Shown here: positions 42,558-51,347 of the stretch, one piece after another
Layout of the letters: each line of letters begins with the position of its first letter
Position numbering within the stretch: position 1 is the stretch's first letter
From: Candidatus Bathyarchaeota archaeon
Lineage (GTDB): Archaea; Thermoproteota; Bathyarchaeia; Bathyarchaeales; Bathycorpusculaceae
Assembly: GCA_963777155.1 (NCBI GenBank)
Contig: CAVZPM010000035.1
Span: 11,376 to 75,375 of the forward strand
Length of the DNA stretch: 64,000 nt
Reading direction: 5' to 3'
The notes under the pieces: model-generated
Told to the model about the DNA's origin: nothing
Databases searched by the model: none
Seen by the model: only the letters and a program-made list of their open reading frames with translations
Made by a program: the position numbers and the translations under genes

Positions 42558-44473
42558 CAGGCAACCTCACGAACAACTGATTTTCCTTCAAGATTCTGAA
42601 CCGTAATAACATTTGCGTCCTGCTGTGCAAAGGTGATTTGACTAGGAGTGATAACCACATACTGTGCACTGGCATCCTTAATCATCGAAACCAGAATTTT
42701 CGCTATCATCTCTCGATTTTTAGGGTCCATATGAATATCATATTCATCGACTGCACGAAATGGGGAGCGCACATGCTGCTGCAGAGCCAACAGGAAACCC
42801 ATGGTGGCCGTGGTTCGTTCTCCACCGCTTTGCGTGTAGGCATCCAAAGCTACAGGTTTGCTCCCCTTAAACCCAACATATATCTCTAAACCTGCAGTTT
42901 CAATGTCTTGCACAGCTGAAAGCTTAACTTCGCCCGTTGCAAGGGTTTGGATCATGATTTTTTTGTATTCAACGTTGACGCGTTCAAGCAAGTTCTCCAT
43001 TACAGTTCGCCATGACAGCATGCGTGTTTTAACTTCTTCAAGAGTCTTTTCGCGGTTCTCAGCTACAAGTTGCGCTTTCTCTTTAAGCTCCAAATATAGC
43101 TTTGAATATGACTCATATTGCCGTTCAATATCTTCTGAAACATTGGAGAGCGCCGTTAAATGACCATTAGTTAAGCCGATTTCATCTTGAATTTCCGTGC
43201 CGCTTTTCAGAACCACTATTCGCGCGCCAGATTGCTGGGCTTTCAAGAGCGCAATGTTAAGGTTTTCTTCAGCATCTTTTAGCTGCTTCTCTATTGTTTT
43301 CATCTCATTGATTGCATTAGCTCGTTTAAACTCAAGCAAAGCCAAAGAGACACGTTTATCCAGAGATTCAGAGGCAAATTTTTCAGTTGAACCTTCCAGT
43401 TTATCCATTATTGCTCGGGTTTCTTTAATTTCCTCGTTTGCTCTTTCGATTTGCTGTCTGGAAGTTTCCAGCATTTTCTCAAGATTTTCTCTTCGAAGAA
43501 ACTTGAACTGGCTCTTGTTGGTGAAGTCTTCTATAGCTTGGGTTTCGGTGAGTACCTGTTCAATAAAAGTTAAGGTCGATTCGTTTTGGGCGATTTCACG
43601 TTCCAAGCTTATTCGCTGCTCAAAAACAGCTTTAGCTTTGCCTTTGAGAGTTTGCTGCTCTGTCTGTTGACCATCAAGTTTGACGATTATAGCTTGTCGC
43701 TCATCCTCAATTTTACCCAATGACTGCTGATTTCTGTTAAACTTAGTCTGTAACTCTTTGATTGCAGCTTCACGTTTTTCAACATCCGCCCAAATCATCT
43801 CGCGATCCAGAAAACGCCGTTTAAGCTGCAGCTGTTTCTTCTCTTGGAACTTCTCGTATTGTTCACGCCAGTAGTTGAGGGTTTGTTGTGCTTGCTCAAG
43901 CAGTTTCCCAACGGACTCTTCTTGGCTTAAAATGCGCATCAACTTGGTTTTTGCAGCTACAACGTTCTCGCGGAAAGGCTCTAAACCGACCGCTGCTTCA
44001 ACCATTCGTAGTTTTTCTACGTTGCTAAGAACACTGAATTGCTCCACCATGTTCTGATGCATAATGATTAACATGTTGTCGGGGTCAACGCCGAACTTTC
44101 CGAGCAACCGTTCAATGTCCTGTTTGCTGGCGACGCGGTTTTCGAGTTCAAAGAAGTATTTGCCGTCGCGACGCAACACGCGAGTTAGGAAGAGTTGGTC
44201 TTTGCTGTATTTTGCTACTGGCCGCTTGTTGCCTTGTTTGCTGTTGTCTAGGATGAGGGTGACTCTGGCTTGGTCTTGTCCCCAGCGGATTAAGTCGCTG
44301 AGTTTTCTGGAGCGTTCGGTGTAGGTTTGCCCTAAGCCTACTGAAATGGCGAGCAATAGCGAGGATTTTCCTGCTCCGTTTGGACCGCCAATTATGTTAA
44401 CGCCTTGCTTGAATGGCACTCTGGCGTATTCGTAGCTCATGAAATTTTCAAGGATAACTTCTTGGATTAACAT
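42557..44473 (-). CDS. Short SMC-family ATPase with SMC5/6-like heads (coalescin-like)
   Basis: LENFMSY, GPNGAGKSS, Q-loop HQ, coiled coil, QSGGER, SPFRAVDEYDIHMD, ITP; 638 aa. Confidence 0.9.
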   Translation of the reverse strand: MLIQEVILENFMSYEYARVPFKQGVNIIGGPNGAGKSSLLLAISVGLGQTYTERSRKLSDLIRWGQDQARVTLILDNSKQGNKRPVAKYSKDQLFLTRVLRRDGKYFFELENRVASKQDIERLLGKFGVDPDNMLIIMHQNMVEQFSVLSNVEKLRMVEAAVGLEPFRENVVAAKTKLMRILSQEESVGKLLEQAQQTLNYWREQYEKFQEKKQLQLKRRFLDREMIWADVEKREAAIKELQTKFNRNQQSLGKIEDERQAIIVKLDGQQTEQQTLKGKAKAVFEQRISLEREIAQNESTLTFIEQVLTETQAIEDFTNKSQFKFLRRENLEKMLETSRQQIERANEEIKETRAIMDKLEGSTEKFASESLDKRVSLALLEFKRANAINEMKTIEKQLKDAEENLNIALLKAQQSGARIVVLKSGTEIQDEIGLTNGHLTALSNVSEDIERQYESYSKLYLELKEKAQLVAENREKTLEEVKTRMLSWRTVMENLLERVNVEYKKIMIQTLATGEVKLSAVQDIETAGLEIYVGFKGSKPVALDAYTQSGGERTTATMGFLLALQQHVRSPFRAVDEYDIHMDPKNREMIAKILVSMIKDASAQYVVITPSQITFAQQDANVITVQNLEGKSVVREVA

Positions 44474-44744
44474 TAACGGTTCTTTGCCTCTTTTTTGAAG
44501 CGTTCACACTATTGAAAAGCGCCTTATTAAAACAATTTGACATCTTAATGCAGAATAGCCCTGTTGCAGAGGTCAGCTAAACTTGAAAATTACCGTTTCT
44601 TTAACTAAAAAAACACGTAGACTTCCCTACATAGAGAGATAAGAATCAAGGATTTTCAATAATATGATTGTTTAACATTTCAAAAAATAATTCTAGGCTA
44701 AAGCCTTTTAATTGAAGCATGTATGAAGTATTGTAGGGTTAAAT

Positions 44745-44993
44745 ATGAAGTTTGCAGAGATCGCAATCTTGCTCAGAGAAATCGTTGACAGGTGTCCAAG
44801 CCTAGACGGAGCCACCATCACGTTGATACCGCAAAAAGCTATGTATCCACTATATCAGGGATACCATATAAACATCAAGGCAAATCTATCTAAGGAATCT
44901 ATGGGTGGCTTACGGAAAATAGTAGAGGGACATGACTTAGTTATGCAGATCAAAAGTGACTGCGTTATAGTTTATGAATCTAGATCAACATAG
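44745..44993 (+). CDS. Small hypothetical protein
   Basis: 82-aa ORF with upstream TATA-like element in an otherwise empty interval. Confidence 0.6.
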   Translation: MKFAEIAILLREIVDRCPSLDGATITLIPQKAMYPLYQGYHINIKANLSKESMGGLRKIVEGHDLVMQIKSDCVIVYESRST

Positions 44994-45048
44994 ACAACAA
45001 ACAAATTTTCTTTAGTAAAAAAGGGATAGTAAGATTCTTGAGCTCTGT

Positions 45049-46342
45049 TTAGGTTGCTCCGTGACTTACTAAGTTAGCATCTGATACTTCTCCTGTGTCA
45101 GCGAAGATTCCAATTGCAACTTCATTGTAACCTCCGGAGTAGGTCTGGGTAAGGCTCATTTCAATGAACCAGTACGGAATCAGCGCTACTGAGTTACCTC
45201 TTGTATGGGGGACAAGTTGAATGGATACGGGCGGGTCAATAACAGTAAAACCTGAGACTTGCTTTCCCTCGATATTCCAAGTCATGGTTTTAACGTAATT
45301 CTCAGCGATTGTTACTGCTTGTTCTTGGGTAGTAGATAGATCACTGTTGCCTACAGTAAAGAGGAAGTACCCATCGGACATAATAGTTAAAATATTGTTT
45401 TGGAAGGTCATCTGCAAACCCTTAGCTTGATAATCGACACCGTTCTGAGTGTGCATGAACAAAAAGGTAACCGTGTCTCCTGAAACCGAAATCTGCAGCT
45501 TTATGTCACCCTGAGTTACATTCATGTTACCTATTGTGCTGACAACGGCTAAAAGGTCAGTCATATTCGTAAGGTATGAGTCACCACTGTAGGTCTTATA
45601 TCGCGAAAGTAGAAACTTTGCATTCTGAAGAACATCGTGTAGGTTGATTCTGCGTGAAAATTGGAGAACTTTCAATCATGACAAGGTCATACCTGGAGAA
45701 ATGATTATTCCTATAACGGAAATTCACGTTTAAATTGCTTAGGCTGCTTGTCAAAGAGTATTGGATCCCTTCTTCAGCTACGCCTCCGAAATCTGATCGC
45801 CACTGCATCGTATTGCTAAGTAATGAAAGCGTATAGTTCGATGTATCAATCTTGGTTACGTTTTGCAGGAAACTAGCCACTTTGTCCGCGCCCAATCCAT
45901 AAGAGAGCAAACGTTGATTTTCAACTTGCAGCAAATGCTGAGAACTAGATAGTTGACTAATAGAAACGAATTCAAAAGCGCCTATACCAGACAAAAGCAA
46001 AACTGAAACCAAAAGCACAGCAGAAAGAGTTCTCCATTTAGGAGTCACTAAACGATTTTTCTTGGGCTCAACTTCGTCAACGTCTTCTACTCCCTTCATA
46101 GCGGTTACTGCAGCATGCCCAAAACTCGACAGTTTGTAGTGGCCATCATCCGTTTTAGCTACTAGTTCGTTTAGGCTTTCAAGGTGGTAGGTTAAATGAG
46201 GCGTGGAGACTCCGAGTTGCTCAACCATCTCCATGAAAGTCATCGATTTCTCGCCTAGCATCCGAAGAATCTTTCGTCTAACCGGATGCTTAAGCGATGC
46301 AAACATTACAGAGTAGATTTCATCTTCAGGAGAGCCAGCCAT
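45049..46342 (-). CDS. ArsR-type wHTH plus TM helix plus extracellular domain (membrane-tethered regulator), frameshift near 45640
   Basis: FASLKHPVRRKILRML...LTYHLESL, TM helix around aa 105-125, S/T/N-rich remainder continuing in ORF 45049-45675. Confidence 0.75.
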
Positions 46343-46742
46343 GTAAACCCCCCTTTACATATACAATGTAGGCTATAAAAAATTATACACACAAGATTAC
46401 CAAAAAATTGGGAGAAATTGGTTGATCGACTGTTTATTTTTTCTTCTTGTTTCCCTGTTTAATCACGACGCTTGTCAACATTAATACTAAAACAGCATAA
46501 ATAATGATGCAACTTTTGCGCTTCATCGGTTTTGAACACGATCACCGATTCCACACTTTGGATAAAAGAGTTCTCGTAAACAATTATTGACTGATTCCAA
46601 ACAAGGTTTCTTAACTAAGTTGGCAGGAACATTGTTTTGGGTTTAAACCATGAAGAGAGGATAGAATAAGAGCCGCATCTATGTTTAACAATACAAGATT
46701 AATAGCGACGTTTTCATCGCCTAATAGCCAGTTACGGACTAT

Positions 46743-47177
46743 TTAGGAGATGCTTACGTTCTGAATATCGAAGTACCGTTTTGCCAAAAAGCGCAAACGT
46801 TCAGCGTTCTTGCCATTTTTACCTATTGCGACGCCCTTATCTTTGGGGTTTACAGTTATGACTGCCATTTTTTTACCATCAGTGCGCTCGGTAACGCGGA
46901 TTTCACGTACTGCTGCGGGTTTTAGGGCGTTTTTCATGAATGTTGCGGGATCTTCGCTGTACTCGATGATTTCGTGTTTTTTGCCTGTCATTCGTTCAAG
47001 GGTGTGGATGTTTCTGCCGCCCTTGCCGATGGCAACGCCGACTTGACCTTGGTTTACGATGAATATTGCTCGTTGCTCGACTTCGTCGACAATACAGTCT
47101 TTTACGCTTGCGCCGCTGATGCTTTCAAATAAGGCAATGTATCGCATTTCGTCGCAGGTAATTTTTATGCCACTCGT
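46743..47177 (-). CDS. nusA: Archaeal NusA (KH domains); probable ACG start
   Basis: SGIKITCDEMRYIALFE, AIGKGG, IEYSED, AIGKNG; follows rpl30e. Confidence 0.92.
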   Translation of the reverse strand, partial: TSGIKITCDEMRYIALFESISGASVKDCIVDEVEQRAIFIVNQGQVGVAIGKGGRNIHTLERMTGKKHEIIEYSEDPATFMKNALKPAAVREIRVTERTDGKKMAVITVNPKDKGVAIGKNGKNAERLRFLAKRYFDIQNVSIS

Positions 47178-47198
47178 TCTTTTCTTTCCTCCATCTTT

Positions 47199-47516
47199 TT
47201 ATTCTTGTACCTGAGTTTCCTCGGTTACTTTGAGAATATCTGAATCCCCTGTTTCGCGGATGCTGATTGCCGAAATAATGAAGAGTTTCTTGCAGACTTC
47301 CGCTAAATCCATTGATCCACCTTTGTAGGTTATGACAGGAACTTTAGAGATTTCTCCATAGTATTCTATTTGTTCTTTTATGTCTTTGGGGCAGTTTGCG
47401 GCTAAAACAATCATTTTGGCTTTGCCGGTTTTGGCGTTTTGCAGTGCGACATTGGATCCAAAGGAAACCTTGCCTGTTTTTACTGCAGACGCTAATGCTT
47501 TATCTATGTCTATCAT
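47199..47516 (-). CDS. rpl30e: 50S ribosomal protein L30e
   Basis: AVKTGKVSFG, AKMIVLAANCP, GDSDIL; conserved position after rpoA. Confidence 0.95.
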   Translation of the reverse strand: MIDIDKALASAVKTGKVSFGSNVALQNAKTGKAKMIVLAANCPKDIKEQIEYYGEISKVPVITYKGGSMDLAEVCKKLFIISAISIRETGDSDILKVTEETQVQE

Positions 47517-50500
47517 GCTTCTGTTTTTCCTCCATCTTTTTCTTGACGCTCGAAAGTTGACATGTACAGTTCAACTAAGCCTGTGCCGATTGGTATTGAT
47601 TGCCCAACTATAACGTTTTCTGTTACACCAGCCAAAGGATCACTTTCTCCTTTCACGGCCGCTTCAACAATGTTTGGTACGGTGATTTCGAATGCGGCGC
47701 GCGCTAGGACACTGGCTTTTTTGCCGCTGATTCCGTGTCTGCCGATTTGCTGTACGTCTCCTGTTGTGGTCATCATGTCTGCTACGAGCATTACGTGCCT
47801 TACGTCTACGTCTAAGCCTTGGTCTTCTAGTACGCCTTTTGCTTCATGGACAAGGGCATTTCTTGAAGCTTCAACGCCAAGGGTTTTGGCGATTTCATGG
47901 ATGTTGTTGGTAGTGGTTCTTGAAGTATCAACACCTATGACTTCTAAGACTTTAGATAGGTTTGAGCCATCAGTGCGTATAACCCATTCACCGCTCTCTT
48001 CAGTGACGAGGACACGTTTAATGTCTGGGACACCTTTAACTTGGAACCCTGGAACCTTTGTCAACATACGTTTTAGCTGCTCCGCTTTCTTGGGTTTAAT
48101 CTCAACTGTGCTATCGGTTATGGTTACAGTAGCGTTTTGAAGTTCCAGTCTCTCTTTAAGTTCATCCATAGTTATGGCGCGATCATCCATCATCTGCTTA
48201 TTCAATTCGATGATGATTGCTTCGCGCACTGGGTCTTCGTAGATTGCTGAAGCCAAGTTTTCAACTGTAGTGTAAATTATGTTCCGTGCGACTTCAACTG
48301 CGCCTTCTTTGCTCTTAGCGTGGTCACCTTTTAAGTAGATAGTCATGATTGGGGTTGATGGGATTCTGCGTGCATCCACGATTTCGATTAGCCGAGGTAA
48401 ACCTAAAGTGACGTTTTGTTCTTTGACACCTGCATAGTGGAAGGTTCTAAGAGTCATCTGAGTACCTGGTTCACCGATTGATTGAGCTGCAACGATGCCT
48501 ACTGCTTCTCCTGGCTCCATTAAAGCGCGTTTATACTGTTCAGCTGTCTGGGTAGCAGCTTTGGTTACACCTTTGGCCGTAAGCTTGTTCTTTGCAAAGT
48601 TCTGTTTAAGCTGGTTTAGCAGAATAGGAGTTATTTGGTCCTCAACATTTTTGAGTTGTTTCTTAATGTGATCTACGGATGCGGGGTCGCCTTTTTCTTC
48701 GCCAAGTTTTATTTGGTCAATTAGTCGATTGACGTTTACTGCTTTGCCGTGGTCACTTTTCGCTGGGTCTACACCGTCTTCTCCATAGCGGAACTGAATG
48801 ATGTCGCCTGCGGAGTCTCGGACAGTGCTGTCATATTCTAAACGAATATGCTCCAGCGCGTTGATTAATCGTCTCTGCATGTAACCGCTCTGTTGTGTGC
48901 GGACGGCTGTGTCGACTAGACCTTCTCTACCTCCCATAGCGTGGAAGAAGAATTCGATTGCATCAAGTCCAGTCTGGTAAGAGTTATAGACAAAGCCTCT
49001 TGCTCTTGGGCTTGGGTCACCGTCAACAAAGTGGGGTAGCGCTCTTCCAGCGTAGCCTCGCAGGATACGTTTACCTCGGACTGATTGTTGTCCAACGCAA
49101 GCGGCCATTTGACCAATGTTTAGGCTTGAGCCTCTTGCACCTGCTCTTGTCATGACGATACCGGCGTTTTCTAAAGTGAAGTCTTCGTCTGCTATTTTGC
49201 CTGATTCGTCTCTTGCTACGGCGAGTTCATGCATTACATAGATTTCGAAGGATTCTTCAAGGGTTTGTCCTGGTAGACGAGGTAGAGTTCCGTTGCGGAA
49301 GTTTTCGATGTGTTCATCTATCTTCTTTTGGATGCGATCCATTGTCTTTGCCATGCGGTTGCGTGCTCTTGGCGATAGGACGAGTTGGTCGTAAGTGTAG
49401 CTGAAGCCCCGCATGGATATGAATTGTTTGAGTAAGTGTGTGATTTTGTTTAGGAATTCTCTTCCTGCCTGTGTGCCGTAGTCTTTGATGATTCTGTGAA
49501 GCAGGCTTTCGGATTGTTCAGAGCCGATCGAGCGCCTGTCAATAATGCCTGTGACAAGCTGACCGTTCTTGACTACAACGTAAGCGTCATGTTTGCATTC
49601 TTCTTCTTCACACTTCGTGCAGCCTTGGCAGATGTTTGCTTTCAAAGAGTAATTGAGTGTTTTTGGTAGGTATAAGCTGAAGATTTGTTTGCCTGACCAC
49701 AGGGGTTCTGGCGTTTTGATTTCTGGTTCTGGCACTGGATCAGTGTAGTTTGTTGCAGTTAGGAGTCTGTTGACTTGGCTTCGGGTCAGGTAGTTGCCTC
49801 TTCTTGTGAAGTAGTATGCGCTTGTAACGAAGTCTCTGATAGCGCCAATGATTGGACCACCGAATCTGGGTGAGAGAATTTGGTCTTGAACCTGCATTAG
49901 TAAAAGTGATTCTGTTCGTGCTTCTTCGCTCTGTGGAACGTGCAAGTTCATTTCGTCGCCGTCAAAGTCTGCGTTGTAGGGTGGGCAGACGCAAAGATGG
50001 AGCCTGAAAGTCTTGTATGGCAATACTCGGACGTAATGTGCCATGATTGACATGCGGTGAAGGGATGGTTGTCGGTTAAAGATAGCTATGTCGCCGTTCT
50101 TTAAGTGGCGCTCAACTACGAATCCTAGTTCAACTGCTTCGGCGATTTTTGTGCGGTCAACAACGAATTCGAGTCTGATGCGTTTGCCGTCTGGGCGTAT
50201 GATGTATAGTGCGCCTGGATAGTTTTCGGGGCCGTTGATTACGAATTTTTTCATTTCTTCAATGTTCCAGGCAGTCACTTTTTCTGGAACTGACAATCGC
50301 ATGGCTACGTCTTGTGGGACACCGACTTCGTTTATGTCGAGGTTGGGGTCTGGTGAGATTACTGTACGGGCTGAGAAGTCGACACGTTTACCTGAGAGGT
50401 TGCTTCGGAACCGCCCTTCTTTGCCTTTTAATCGTTGCGAGAGAGTTTTCAGGGCTCTGCCGCTGCGGTGTCTTGCCGGCGGAATACCTGATGCCTCATT

Positions 50501-51346
50501 GTTAAAGTACGTAGTAACGTGGTACTGTAAAAGTTCAGACAAGTCTTGTATAATGAGGGTTGGTGCGCCAGCTTCCATGTTTTCTTTCAGACGCTGGTTA
50601 ATACGGATGATGTCTACGAGTTTGTGGGTTAAGTCATCTTCTGAACGAATGCCTGACTCCAACGTGATTGATGGACGAACATAAACTGGAGGAACAGGCA
50701 AAACCTGGAGAACCATCCATTCTGGACGGGCAACTTTAGGGTTGAAACCCAAAATTTCAAGATCCTCATCTGATACACGTTCAAGCCTTTCTCGTATCAT
50801 GCTGGGTGTTAGGGGTTCTGAGCCTGCTTCAGTTTGTTCGATGAATTTGGTTGGTTTTTCGAAAGTGATTTTGAATTGGGCTGCGGCACAGTAGGGGCAT
50901 TGTTTTGCTTTAATGTCAGTGAGGATTTCTTTGTAAACTTCGTCAGGGATAGTTCCAAGGAGTTCATTGAAGCGTTCGATTCTTTGGCGTGCTTTCTTTG
51001 AGGCTTCTTCAGATAGGAGAATGCGACCGCAAGTGCGGCAAGTTGATTTGAGAAGGTCGAAAATGATTTTTGTAAATTCGATGTGAACGATTGGTACTGC
51101 CAATTCGATGTGTCCAAAGTGGCCTGGGCAGCGGATGGCGGTGTTGCCGCAGGTTTTGCAGCGTTGCCTTGGTTCGAGAGTGCCTAGTCGTCCGTCCATT
51201 AGGCCTGCGGTGATTGGGGCGCCGTCTTCGTCATAGGTGTCTGGAGTTTGGATTTCTACGACTGATTGTTTACGTAGGTCTTTGGGTGAGATTAGTCCGA
51301 ATGAGATTTCGTCTACTATTTTATGGATTAATTCTTCCTGTGACAT
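47513..51346 (-). CDS. rpoA1: RNA polymerase largest subunit, fused A'/A''
   Basis: CPGHFGHIEL, YNADFDGDEMN, AAQSIGEPGTQMT in one 1277-aa ORF. Confidence 0.97.
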   Translation of the reverse strand: MSQEELIHKIVDEISFGLISPKDLRKQSVVEIQTPDTYDEDGAPITAGLMDGRLGTLEPRQRCKTCGNTAIRCPGHFGHIELAVPIVHIEFTKIIFDLLKSTCRTCGRILLSEEASKKARQRIERFNELLGTIPDEVYKEILTDIKAKQCPYCAAAQFKITFEKPTKFIEQTEAGSEPLTPSMIRERLERVSDEDLEILGFNPKVARPEWMVLQVLPVPPVYVRPSITLESGIRSEDDLTHKLVDIIRINQRLKENMEAGAPTLIIQDLSELLQYHVTTYFNNEASGIPPARHRSGRALKTLSQRLKGKEGRFRSNLSGKRVDFSARTVISPDPNLDINEVGVPQDVAMRLSVPEKVTAWNIEEMKKFVINGPENYPGALYIIRPDGKRIRLEFVVDRTKIAEAVELGFVVERHLKNGDIAIFNRQPSLHRMSIMAHYVRVLPYKTFRLHLCVCPPYNADFDGDEMNLHVPQSEEARTESLLLMQVQDQILSPRFGGPIIGAIRDFVTSAYYFTRRGNYLTRSQVNRLLTATNYTDPVPEPEIKTPEPLWSGKQIFSLYLPKTLNYSLKANICQGCTKCEEEECKHDAYVVVKNGQLVTGIIDRRSIGSEQSESLLHRIIKDYGTQAGREFLNKITHLLKQFISMRGFSYTYDQLVLSPRARNRMAKTMDRIQKKIDEHIENFRNGTLPRLPGQTLEESFEIYVMHELAVARDESGKIADEDFTLENAGIVMTRAGARGSSLNIGQMAACVGQQSVRGKRILRGYAGRALPHFVDGDPSPRARGFVYNSYQTGLDAIEFFFHAMGGREGLVDTAVRTQQSGYMQRRLINALEHIRLEYDSTVRDSAGDIIQFRYGEDGVDPAKSDHGKAVNVNRLIDQIKLGEEKGDPASVDHIKKQLKNVEDQITPILLNQLKQNFAKNKLTAKGVTKAATQTAEQYKRALMEPGEAVGIVAAQSIGEPGTQMTLRTFHYAGVKEQNVTLGLPRLIEIVDARRIPSTPIMTIYLKGDHAKSKEGAVEVARNIIYTTVENLASAIYEDPVREAIIIELNKQMMDDRAITMDELKERLELQNATVTITDSTVEIKPKKAEQLKRMLTKVPGFQVKGVPDIKRVLVTEESGEWVIRTDGSNLSKVLEVIGVDTSRTTTNNIHEIAKTLGVEASRNALVHEAKGVLEDQGLDVDVRHVMLVADMMTTTGDVQQIGRHGISGKKASVLARAAFEITVPNIVEAAVKGESDPLAGVTENVIVGQSIPIGTGLVELYMSTFERQEKDGGKTEA

Positions 51347-51347
51347 G

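Noticed and set aside
41089-44473. Wadjet (JetABCD) or Rad50/Mre11 assignment
   Set aside because: No JetD Toprim nuclease or Mre11, no Zn hook, sizes and order differ, and head motifs are SMC5/6-like
47513-51346. Fused RpoA'/A'' as a novelty
   Set aside because: Already known in several TACK lineages; used only as a taxonomic clue
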